DNA of 64,000 nt from Lysobacterales bacterium (lineage in GTDB: Bacteria; Pseudomonadota; Gammaproteobacteria; Xanthomonadales; SZUA-5). The position numbers and the translations under genes were made by a program. The stretch lies in NCBI GenBank assembly GCA_022844165.1, contig JALHMH010000001.1:253420-317419 (forward strand), written 5' to 3'. Shown piece after piece: positions 1-8,461 of this stretch (position 1 is its first letter; each line of letters begins with the position of its first letter). The notes beneath the pieces were generated by a model. It did not search any database. It was not told where the DNA came from and worked only from the letters and a program-made list of their open reading frames with translations.

Positions 1-1119
1 AGTTATGTACTCAATAATCCGCTGACCGCCACCGATCCGACGGGGAACTTCTCGCTTAGGCAGGCGATCGGGATTGTCATTGGCGTCGTCGCCGCGATCA
101 TCAGCCAGCAGTATTGGGCAATCGACAAACTGATCTCGTTCGGCATCGCCGTTGCTGGCGGATTCGCAAGCGCAGCGATCTCGACCGGCTCGCTCAAAGC
201 AGGGTTGTGGGGTGCGGTCAGTGCGGCAGTGTTCTGGGGCATTGGCACGCAGTTCTCGAAGGCGTGGGCGTTCGACACGGGAACTGCTTGCACGCAGCAC
301 ATGACCCGAGGGGCTGTTGCGGCAAAGGTCGCGGCACACGCAGCGACAGGAGGAACGCTTAGCGTCCTGCAGGGCGGCAAGTTTGGCCATGGATTCTTCT
401 CCGCTGGATTTACTGAAGCGCTAAGTCCGGCCGTGGGACAGATGGGCGATGGAAAGTCGTTCGGAAGCGTTCTCGGACGTACCGCAGCTAGCGCCACAAT
501 TGGTGGGACGGTGAGTAAGTTGACCGGTGGGTCGTTCGCAAATGGGGCGGTCACGGCGGCGTTCACGGTTGCGTTCGGAAATGCGATCAGCGAAACCATT
601 GCGTTTTCTGGGCAGGAAACGATGGAAGAAATGGTTGATCCGGAAGAAGATATCGGGTCTGGGGAAGCCATATTTAACGAGGTTGTCACAGAGTTTCGAG
701 ATTCCGGAAGCCTCCCGAGTCATATACAAATCGCGTACAGCGACGATTTAGCATACTTCAGAAACAACGAAATAGTGCGTTTTAGATCAGCGGAAGAGGC
801 GCGGGCAGCGGGCTTTTATGGAGCAGGGATCGCTGGCTATACCCAGACCCGAGTTGTGGATGGGCAAACTCAAGCGCGAATCCTGATTTTGAGAGGCGCT
901 GCGCACCCACGAAGTGCACTTGTCGCCATGACTTCTATGGACAGAGCAACTTGGCGACCTATCGTATTCACCAGACATGGCATGATGCGTTTTACGATTG
1001 CTCATGAGATCCGCCATGCACTTGACTCGTCTCTTGGTAGCTCTTCGGGCTTAGATCATTGGCGTGCGAATGAATACGGCAGGACCGTGTGCAGGCAACT
1101 TGGAGGTGGTTGTGGGTAA
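1..1119 (+). CDS. Rhs repeat-associated core protein, C-terminal part (5' truncated by the window), with a putative HExxH metallopeptidase toxin tip
   Basis: Frame 1 is open from base 1: SYVLNNPLTATDPTG (Rhs core end motif, NNP..xDPxG), then a Gly/Ala-rich hydrophobic linker and a C-terminal AHEIRH motif; visibly lower GC in the tip. Confidence 0.85.
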   Translation, partial: SYVLNNPLTATDPTGNFSLRQAIGIVIGVVAAIISQQYWAIDKLISFGIAVAGGFASAAISTGSLKAGLWGAVSAAVFWGIGTQFSKAWAFDTGTACTQHMTRGAVAAKVAAHAATGGTLSVLQGGKFGHGFFSAGFTEALSPAVGQMGDGKSFGSVLGRTAASATIGGTVSKLTGGSFANGAVTAAFTVAFGNAISETIAFSGQETMEEMVDPEEDIGSGEAIFNEVVTEFRDSGSLPSHIQIAYSDDLAYFRNNEIVRFRSAEEARAAGFYGAGIAGYTQTRVVDGQTQARILILRGAAHPRSALVAMTSMDRATWRPIVFTRHGMMRFTIAHEIRHALDSSLGSSSGLDHWRANEYGRTVCRQLGGGCG

Positions 1120-1639
1120 GTATTTTTTCTGTTTGTTTTTGTGCCCCTCGTTTGCGAGTGCTACAACTGAGGCCGCCTTGGTAAACAAAGATTATCGGCA
1201 TGCGACGATTGTAGAAGCAGAAGCGACGGAGGCTGTTGACCGGGATTGTTATGTGTTCGAAACAAAGTCCGCTGGCAAGATCAGTCTACGGATAATAGGA
1301 GTTGGACCAGGGGACAAATTTGTTGTGGTTCTGCCAAGGAGAATTCCGAAGTGTTTCGCGGTCCCGAGAGACCCAAGAGTTATTATGCTCGTGACGGTCG
1401 ATGGGCTTAATTTGGCGACACTGTCGTGCGATGGCTTCGACCCACTCGCTCGTTTTTTGGAGCTGAGTAGCATTGCATTATTGGATGACAAAGAGCCGCG
1501 CAATTTCAATGGGTGCAATACGTCCAAAATTGTAGATAAGAGAGATGCGATGGCATTTCTATACCGAATGTGGCTGGGTGTAAACGTTGATGTCGTTGGT
1601 GGGAGCGCAATCGAACCTTTCTTACAAACTAAAGAATGA
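1112..1639 (+). CDS. Putative cognate immunity protein with signal peptide
   Basis: GTG start at 1112 with GGAGG at 1102-1106, overlapping the Rhs stop; N-terminus MGKYFFCLFLCPSFASA resembles a signal peptide; low GC; immunity role inferred from position. Confidence 0.6.
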   Translation: MGKYFFCLFLCPSFASATTEAALVNKDYRHATIVEAEATEAVDRDCYVFETKSAGKISLRIIGVGPGDKFVVVLPRRIPKCFAVPRDPRVIMLVTVDGLNLATLSCDGFDPLARFLELSSIALLDDKEPRNFNGCNTSKIVDKRDAMAFLYRMWLGVNVDVVGGSAIEPFLQTKE

Positions 1640-1880
1640 GCGACGGCGACAACAATGCGTGGCGCACCTACACAGAATCATTTGGTCCCTGTCGGCTCGG
1701 AGCACCAAGCTGAAAAAAGAGAAAGCTGAAAAAAGAGACACCCAGTTTTCGAAGCGCGCAAGCAGTGGTGGTGGCATCCAGGGCTACGGATGTCGAAATC
1801 GCTGTTCGGAGGAAGGAGGTTTTGAGCGCGCACGCAACGCGCCCAGACGCCAGCGGCGCCAAGAATCCCATGTGAGTTTC

Positions 1881-2029
1881 TCAGCCGGTCACGAGGCTCC
1901 GGGCGTAGCCGATGCCTTTGAGCCATTTCCGCTTCCACTCTGCGGCCTTGGCTTCGAGTGCTTCCACGCTGGCAACGAAGCGCCAATATCCAGAGCCGAC
2001 GCCTTTGACGTGCGCGGTCCGGTAGTTGG
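1881..2029 (-). pseudogene. 3' fragment (~49 codons) of a paralogous Y1 transposase
   Basis: Aligns without gaps to 2661-2809; encodes ...TAHVKGVGSGYWRFVASVEALEAKAAEWKRKWLKGIGYARSLVTG*. Confidence 0.85.
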
Positions 2030-2094
2030 AACTGGACTGCGGAGGAACTGGACTGCGGACACCCAGTGCGCCAGGCGAAGCTGGCGCGATCTAG

Positions 2095-2214
2095 GTGACA
2101 AATCGGAACTAACAATATTTGCCGCCTGTAACGTCTCCGCCGGGGCGATCATTCCGGAGTTTTGGCATCGAACAGCAAGGGGACATTGTTCGAGACTATT
2201 ACTACCTGAGGCAG
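2095..2214 (+). pseudogene. Fragment resembling the C-terminal half of an Rhs/VgrG-associated zinc metallopeptidase toxin
   Basis: Reads VTNRN*QYLPPVTSPPGRSFRSFGIEQQGDIVRDYYYLRQ; EQQGDIVxDY recalls the post-HExxH EQQ(A/G)xI..DY motif of DUF4157-like domains (recognised from memory); internal TAA at 2110. Confidence 0.45.
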
Positions 2215-2392
2215 GGTAAGGAAAAAGAGACACCCGGTAAGGAAAAAGAGACACCCAGTTTTCGAAGCGCGCGAGCAGTGTGGTGGCATCTAGGGCTACG
2301 GATGTCGAAATCGCTGTTCGGAGGAAGGAGGTTTTGAGCGCGCACGCAACGCCTCCAGACGCCAGCGGCGCCAAAAGTCCCATGTGAGTCTC

Positions 2393-2455
2393 TCAGCCGG
2401 TCACAAGGCTCCTGGCATAGCCGATGCCTTTGAGCCACTGCTGTTTCCACTGCGC
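2393..2455 (-). pseudogene. 3' fragment (~20 codons) of a second paralogous Y1 transposase
   Basis: Encodes AQWKQQWLKGIGYARSLVTG* versus AEWKRKWLKGIGYARSLVTG* in the intact gene. Confidence 0.8.
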
Positions 2456-2660
2456 AAGGGAAAAAGAGACACCCAGTTTTCGAAGCGCGCGAGCAGTGGT
2501 GGTGGCAAAAAAAGAGACACCCAGTTTTCGGAGCGCGCAAGCAGTGGTGGTGGCATCCAGGGCTACGGATGTCGAAATCGCTGTTCGGAGGAAGGAGTTT
2601 CTTGAGCGCGCACGCAACGCCCCCAGACGCCAGCGGCGCCAAGAATCCCATGTGAGTCTC

Positions 2661-3647
2661 TCAGCCGGTCACGAGGCTCCGGGCGTAGCCGATGCCTTTG
2701 AGCCATTTCCGCTTCCACTCTGCGGCTTTGGCTTCGAGCGCTTCCACGCTCGCAACGAAGCGCCAGTAACCTGAGCCGACGCCTTTGACATGCGCGGTCC
2801 AGTAGTTGGTGTCGAGTCCGAGTTTGCTTAACGCCGTCGGCTCACGCTCATCGATCTTGCCGCGTTTGCCGGGCCTGAGTTGGCGGCCGGTGTAGTCCAC
2901 CAGCTCAATGTACTGGCGATTGCTCATCGCCAGTCTGGCGAACGCTTGGTCTTTCAACATATCGAATCCAAGCCGAACGCCGGCAATGGGTTGGATTGGT
3001 TCATCCGCTTTGCTGGGATCTTTGCGCAGTTCCTCGGCACGCACCTGCACGCTGGTGTGATCGCTGCTCTCGATGCTGTCGGCAATCCCTGCTCGAACCG
3101 GATTGAGGTCCACGTACGCCATCGCCGCGGCGAGCGCGGCTTCGTCGTCAAGCAACTGAGATTTGAATCGGCCTTCCCAGAAGCGCCCCGTCACGTCATC
3201 TTCTGCGTTCGCCTTGCGCGCGATGTGCTCGTCAAGACAGCGCATAAACCACGAAAGATCCGTGAGCCGATCGCGGCGAGCCTTAAGTGCAGCTTTGTCA
3301 GCGCACAGCGCTGCGATTTTCGCCGTGTTCTGTTCCGCCTCACGCGCCGGGAACAATTGCACCCAACGCCGGGCAATTTCCTCATCAGACCAATTGCGCG
3401 CGGCGGTCGGTTCAATCGACAGCACCACGTGCAGGTGGTTGCTCATCACGGCGTAGCTGTAAACATAGACCGCAAAAATCCCAGCCAATTGCACAATACG
3501 CGAGGCGATCATTGGCTTGCGGTGCTCGTAGTCCACGCCCGTGATCGGATCAATGCCGCACAGCCACGCGCGTCGCACACATCGTGCAACGCAGTGATAG
3601 AAGGCTTGCTGGCCTTCGGCGACCGTGAGGTGGCGAGCTTGAGTCAT
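2661..3647 (-). mobile_element. Y1 HUH transposase (IS200/IS605 TnpA superfamily, long RAYT-like type), 328 aa
   Basis: YHCVARCVRRAWLCG, HUH motif MSNHLHVV, GRFWEGRFKS, catalytic-Tyr motif YVDLNPVRAG; likely start MTQAR at 3647. Confidence 0.9.
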
Positions 3648-3833
3648 GCGGCGATCATTGCGATGACCGCTGAGCTTGTCTGTAGGGCGTACGCTGAAAG
3701 TGGTGTCGGAATTTTCTGACAGCGAAGGAGTGCCGGCAATGTCTGGCTGGCTCGTCTGCTTTGCTGGGCTTGCCGCGCGGTTCTTCGGCACGCAATCTTG
3801 TCATGCCGAGTTGGCGAGTCGGCGCGCCCTTGC

Positions 3834-3863
3834 TTGACACATCCAGAATAATCCTCGCATTAT
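3834..3863 (+). promoter_or_regulatory. Putative sigma70 promoter of tRNA-Asn
   Basis: TTGACA at 3834, 18 nt spacer, CATTAT, then a GC-rich discriminator just upstream of the tRNA. Confidence 0.5.
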
Positions 3864-3877
3864 TGCGGGCTCACCGT

Positions 3878-3952
<75 letters not shown>

Positions 3953-3962
3953 AGCATCGTCA

Positions 3963-3988
3963 GGCTCGCCCATCGAGGCGGGCTTTTT
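3963..3988 (+). terminator. Rho-independent terminator after tRNA-Asn
   Basis: GGCTCGCC-loop-GGCGGGCT followed by a T run. Confidence 0.65.
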
Positions 3989-4005
3989 CGTTTTTGGGGG
4001 CTGGC

Positions 4006-5166
4006 ATGCGTCGCGTGTTGTTTTCGATGTCGCTACTTCTCTTGAGCGTTGAGATTGCAGCCAATACATTGCGTTTAGCTGATCCGGCATTCTTGGCAAC
4101 CATCCGCGACGATGAACCGACTCTGCCGCGCGGTATGACGGCTTTCGAGCAGAGCGTTTGGCGCGTACCTGATCTCTCACGCATGCCATTCGCGCCGCCC
4201 AGCGGCGTGGTTGATACGCCCTCTGAATTTGAGCGCAACGCCGGTTTGATGATTCGCTGGGGTTCGCAGAATGCGCTGCTGACCAGCATGGCCGTTGCTA
4301 TCACAACCGGCGAGCCAAATTTCACCTTGTACGTCGTCGTTTCGGCTGGCTTGCAGGCCTCAGCCCAATCGACTTTGACTGGAGCCGGCGCGAATATGGC
4401 TCAGGTGCAATTTGTGGTCGCCAACTCCAATTCGGTTTGGATACGGGACTACGGCCCCCGTTTCATCGACGACAACGGACGCCGCGCAATTGTTGACCAC
4501 ATCTACAATCGGCCTCGGCCTCTGGATGATGCGATTCCGGGCGTCTTCGCAACCATACTTGGTGAGACCAGGTACGAGTTGCCGCTGAGCCATGGCGGCG
4601 GCAATTTCCATTTGTTCGATGACAGCAGCGCTTATATGACTTCGCTGATTGTCAACGAGAATCCGGGGTCGACGGCGCAGTCGGTGCGGGATGCTTTTCT
4701 CGCATACCAGGGTTTGAACCTGACCATCACAGATCCCATGCCGGCAAGTTTCGACTCGACGCAGCATATCGATATGTGGATGCTGCCTGCGGACGACGGC
4801 CGGGTGATCGTCAACGAGTACCCCAATACCGGAGGCGTCTACGCAACGCCTCGTCAGGTGACCGAGGCAGTGGCGACGCAGTTGTCGAATGCTGGCAAGA
4901 CGGTGTTGCGTTTGGGCGGATTCAGCGTCAGTGGTGTGCACTACACCTATGCGAACGCGGTTATTCTCAACAGCACCGTTCTGGCATGCCAATTCAATGG
5001 CTATCCGAATGAGAATCAGAATGCGATTGCGGTGTTCCAGCAGGCATTCCCAACACGCGCAATCGTGCCAATCGATTGCAGCGGCATTATCAGTTTGGCC
5101 GGCGCGATACACTGCATCGTGATGCACGTGCCAGCTGTGCTGTTGCGCAATAGTTTCGAGTCATGA
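4006..5166 (+). CDS. Secreted agmatine/peptidylarginine deiminase family protein
   Basis: Signal peptide MRRVLFSMSLLLLSVEIAA; motifs WIRDYGP, GGGNF, HIDMW, GAIHC (catalytic Cys); ends LLRNSFES. Confidence 0.85.
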   Translation: MRRVLFSMSLLLLSVEIAANTLRLADPAFLATIRDDEPTLPRGMTAFEQSVWRVPDLSRMPFAPPSGVVDTPSEFERNAGLMIRWGSQNALLTSMAVAITTGEPNFTLYVVVSAGLQASAQSTLTGAGANMAQVQFVVANSNSVWIRDYGPRFIDDNGRRAIVDHIYNRPRPLDDAIPGVFATILGETRYELPLSHGGGNFHLFDDSSAYMTSLIVNENPGSTAQSVRDAFLAYQGLNLTITDPMPASFDSTQHIDMWMLPADDGRVIVNEYPNTGGVYATPRQVTEAVATQLSNAGKTVLRLGGFSVSGVHYTYANAVILNSTVLACQFNGYPNENQNAIAVFQQAFPTRAIVPIDCSGIISLAGAIHCIVMHVPAVLLRNSFES

Positions 5167-5197
5167 AGCTGTCATTGAGGTCGGCAATGCTGATCCC

Positions 5198-6037
5198 ATG
5201 GCGCTGCTTCCCTACCTGATCTGGCCAGGACTGCTGGCACTTTGCTGCCTCGGCACCGCATTTGGAATTGCGGTCGAACGGCCGTTGCTTGGATTCAATC
5301 TAAGTTATCTGTTCCTGGCTGGTACCTTGTTTGTCCTTGAGCGGACGATGCCGTTCGAGCGGTCGTGGTTGCGAGACGATGGTCAAATGTGGCCCGACTT
5401 CCTGCACACGCTGATCAGCAAAGGCGGCGTACAGCTATGGGTATTGGGTTCGACGGCGATCGGTTTTGCGCAACACGCGGTACCGGCGTACTGGTGGCCG
5501 AGCCATTGGCCAATGTGGTCGCAAGTGTTGCTGACGCTCGTCATCGCAGAATTCGGCCTCTATTGGGCGCACCGCTTGTCGCACGAATGGCCCGCCATTT
5601 GGCGCTTGCATGCCGTACACCACAGCGTGACGCGCCTGTGGTTTTGGAATACCGGGCGCTTCCACATCGGCAATGCCCTCACCAGCATCGCGTTCAGCGC
5701 GCCCCTGTTGTGGCTGATCGGCGCCCCCGGCGAGTGCCTGACCTGGTTGTCGGCGTTCACCGCTTTCGTCGGAATGCTCACCCACTGCAATGTCTCTTTG
5801 CGCTGCGGTTGGTTGAACTTTGTCTTCAATACACCCGAACTGCATCGATGGCATCATTCACGGGTGCTCGACGAGGGCAATCGCAACTACGGTGAGAATT
5901 TGGTGCTCTGGGACCAGCTGTTTGGGACGTTCTATTGGCCGCGAGATCGACGCCCTCCGGCCGATATTGGAATTGCCGAAGAGATGCCGCAGAGTTTCGC
6001 TGGACAACTGTTGTTTCCGTTCCGCCGCGCCGAATGA
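5198..6037 (+). CDS. Sterol desaturase / fatty acid hydroxylase family membrane protein
   Basis: His boxes HRLSH, HAVHH, HCN, HRWHH; NYG..L.LWD.LFGT. Confidence 0.9.
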   Translation: MALLPYLIWPGLLALCCLGTAFGIAVERPLLGFNLSYLFLAGTLFVLERTMPFERSWLRDDGQMWPDFLHTLISKGGVQLWVLGSTAIGFAQHAVPAYWWPSHWPMWSQVLLTLVIAEFGLYWAHRLSHEWPAIWRLHAVHHSVTRLWFWNTGRFHIGNALTSIAFSAPLLWLIGAPGECLTWLSAFTAFVGMLTHCNVSLRCGWLNFVFNTPELHRWHHSRVLDEGNRNYGENLVLWDQLFGTFYWPRDRRPPADIGIAEEMPQSFAGQLLFPFRRAE

Positions 6038-6516
6038 CGACTTTGCCTTTGGTTCTGTTGCTCGCGCTGGGAGCTGGTGGCGAAATTCACCGCTGCGTAG
6101 AAAGTGGCCGGGTCGTCTTTCAGGACAAGCCATGTGCCGGCAGTGCTGCACAAGGGCTCAAGACCCATAGCGACTCGGCGAAAGCTGAGCGCGAGCTGCG
6201 AATTTGGTTGGCGCAACAGCGGGCGCGGGCCGAGCCACCAAGTCCCTCCGCTGGGCGGAGTAGCGAATCGGTAACCGTCAGCGAAGCGCGACTGGCGGTC
6301 TGTTCTGAGCGTTTTCTGCATTGCGCCGGCAGCGATGAGTCAGCGATGGACGCCTGTGTCGCCACGTTACCACGCTGCGGGCCAAATGGTGGGGATTGTT
6401 GCCCCGCCGCTTGCATCAATCGTTATCAGGTCTTGCGTGCGGATGGACATGAGCGCGCCAGCGCTGTTCGTTTGGCGCTGCTCGATCCCAACGCCCCTGC
6501 GTGCGCCAGCCCCTGA
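6034..6516 (+). CDS. DUF4124-like secreted protein with a Cys-rich C-terminus
   Basis: ATGA overlap with the upstream stop; signal peptide, then IHRCVESGRVVFQDKPC; many cysteines. Confidence 0.7.
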   Translation: MTTLPLVLLLALGAGGEIHRCVESGRVVFQDKPCAGSAAQGLKTHSDSAKAERELRIWLAQQRARAEPPSPSAGRSSESVTVSEARLAVCSERFLHCAGSDESAMDACVATLPRCGPNGGDCCPAACINRYQVLRADGHERASAVRLALLDPNAPACASP

Positions 6517-6600
6517 GCGCGACTTAAGCCCCCTTCCGCGCACCGCGTCGTTTCTTCGCCTGCGCCGTCATCACGTCAAACCGTGGGCCATGCGCTCCGG

Positions 6601-7464
6601 TCAAGCCGCCTGAGGTTGCTTCTGCAGGATTCCGAGCATGGCCGCCAGCTTTTCGCGAAGCTCACGTCGGTCGACGATGGCATCGATCGCTCCCTTTTCG
6701 ACCAAGAACTCGCTTCGCTGAAATCCCTCCGGCAGTGTTTCGCGTACGGTTTGTTCGATGACTCGAGGGCCGGCGAAACCAATGAGCGCTTGCGGTTCGG
6801 CGATGTTGAGATCCCCCAGCATCCCGAGACTGGCCGAGACACCGCCCGTTGTTGGGTGAGTCAGGACTGACACATAAGGAACACCCGCACGCTTCATGCG
6901 AGCCAGCGCGGCACTGGTCTTGCTCATTTGCATGAGCGAAAACAAGCCCTCCTGCATCCGAGCGCCGCCGGTGGCCGAAAATCCGACCAGCGGCACCCTT
7001 TCGTCAAGCGCTCGCTCGGCAGCTCTGGCGAACTTCTCGCCAACAACGGAGCCCATCGATCCACCCATAAACCCGAATTCGAAGGCGCATGTGATGATAG
7101 TTCGCGATTTGAGCAATCCACGAGCGCTGACCAGCGCATCTTTTTCGCCGGTCGCACGCTGCGACTGGATGAGGCGATCGCGATAGCGCTTGGCGTCCCT
7201 GAATTTGAGTGCATCGAACGGCGCCAGGTTTGTGTCGATTTCGGAGAATGTGCCGGGATCGAGGAACTCCTGCAAGCGTTTGCGAGCGGCTATCGGCATG
7301 TGGTGACTGCATTTCGGGCAGACCCGCAAATTTCGCTCCAGTTCCGGGCCATACAAAACGGCCTGACACGATGGACACTTCTCCCAAAGACCTTCGGGAA
7401 CGTTCTTCTTTGCTGCGCCTTCGGTGCGAATACGCGAAGGCATGAGTTTGCTGAGCCAGGACAT
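6601..7464 (-). CDS. accD: Acetyl-CoA carboxylase carboxyltransferase beta subunit
   Basis: [11 protein letters not shown] zinc finger, [32 protein letters not shown]. Confidence 0.97.
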   Translation of the reverse strand: MSWLSKLMPSRIRTEGAAKKNVPEGLWEKCPSCQAVLYGPELERNLRVCPKCSHHMPIAARKRLQEFLDPGTFSEIDTNLAPFDALKFRDAKRYRDRLIQSQRATGEKDALVSARGLLKSRTIITCAFEFGFMGGSMGSVVGEKFARAAERALDERVPLVGFSATGGARMQEGLFSLMQMSKTSAALARMKRAGVPYVSVLTHPTTGGVSASLGMLGDLNIAEPQALIGFAGPRVIEQTVRETLPEGFQRSEFLVEKGAIDAIVDRRELREKLAAMLGILQKQPQAA

Positions 7465-7962
7465 CGTGATCGCCGATCTGAATTGAGGGTTGCCAATCGT
7501 GTCAGTGCATCAACAATCTTCGTCAAGCGCTGCCGAATGGATGGCGGCCGGCCGATCGCCAACCTCAGTTGTACGGATCTGGCTTCAGATCATCCAGCAG
7601 TCGGTTCGTCTCGGCCAACGAGATCTATTTCGCCGTTGTGTCAACTCACGATTGGCGACGGATTATGGCGCTGTTTTTTCAAAACGCCATTCTCAAGGAT
7701 GCGATCGGGCTTCGACGCTCACCACAGACTGAGGCTCACTCAGGTCGCGACCATGCCTCTTCGGCCCGACTGATGCGTGGGCGCTGTGCGTAAAACTCGA
7801 ACCGCAGCAAAAGCGAATGCGATCGCGAGGATGAGCCATGAGGGCAAAGTGCCTCGAACACACGCGAAGGACCATGTCGCAGGACTACTGGAACAGCTGG
7901 CGGGGTTGCCCCGCCAGCTTACCCGATCGGCAATCGGGGAGGGTCGATTGCCGACGAGTTCT

Positions 7963-8343
7963 TCAGCGCTTCGATGCGGCTTTCGGCGTCTTGGCGACTG
8001 CATCGTTGGCGGCTTCGACGGTACCTTTCAGCAAGTTGCCAAAAGCCTCGGTGGTTTTCACAACAACGCCAGACACTTCTTGCGACACGGCGTACAGCTG
8101 TTCGGCCGAATCTTTCAGCGCGCTGACGCTCTTCGGCCACACGGCGCGAGCGGTATCGAAATCGCGCACTTCGCTGGCCTGGCCAACAAAATCCGTGGCC
8201 GACTTCAGCCCCGTTTCAAGCGATTTCAGTTGAATATCGACGAGCTTCTCGAAGCCGTCGACGGCGATTGCATTGACCTTGATGAAGGTCTCAGCGGCCT
8301 GCTTGGAGAGGGCCAGGACCTGATTGCTGGTTTGCTCGAACAT
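7963..8343 (-). CDS. Phasin family (PHA granule-associated) protein
   Basis: 126 aa Ala-rich helical protein with NAIAVDGFEKLVDIQ; PhaR-like boxes upstream. Confidence 0.75.
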   Translation of the reverse strand: MFEQTSNQVLALSKQAAETFIKVNAIAVDGFEKLVDIQLKSLETGLKSATDFVGQASEVRDFDTARAVWPKSVSALKDSAEQLYAVSQEVSGVVVKTTEAFGNLLKGTVEAANDAVAKTPKAASKR

Positions 8344-8370
8344 GACTTGTCTCCTGATAACGACGAATGG

Positions 8371-8406
8371 TGCGGTGCAGCATAATTCCGAGAATGCTGC
8401 ACTGCA
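8371..8406. promoter_or_regulatory. Inverted TGC-rich boxes, probable PhaR operator
   Basis: TGCGGTGCAGCAT-N10-ATGCTGCACTGCA imperfect inverted repeat ~30 bp upstream of the phasin start. Confidence 0.55.
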
Positions 8407-8461
8407 ACATTTTTCCGGAAGTTATTCAGGCGGACTTTACAAGTCCGGATGATCCGCGTCG

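Larger units (their letters stand above)
1707..2660. repeat. Tandem array of GACACCC(AG)-initiated modules (variably truncated transposase 3' ends plus one foreign module)
   Basis: GACACCC at 1737, 2058, 2229, 2250, 2468 and 2516; the ~150 bp downstream flank of the transposase recurs at ~1730-1880, ~2243-2392, 2461-2506 (partial) and 2510-2660. Confidence 0.9.

Noticed and set aside
1707-2660. CRISPR array or integron attC cassette array
   Set aside because: Units are 47-300 bp and mostly homologous to each other rather than unique spacers. No cas or integrase gene and no attC core sites were seen.
3648-3791. N-terminal extension of the transposase ORF (376 aa in the track)
   Set aside because: Low-complexity sequence. 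The family-like sequence starts at MTQAR (3647), and the extension runs toward the tRNA promoter.
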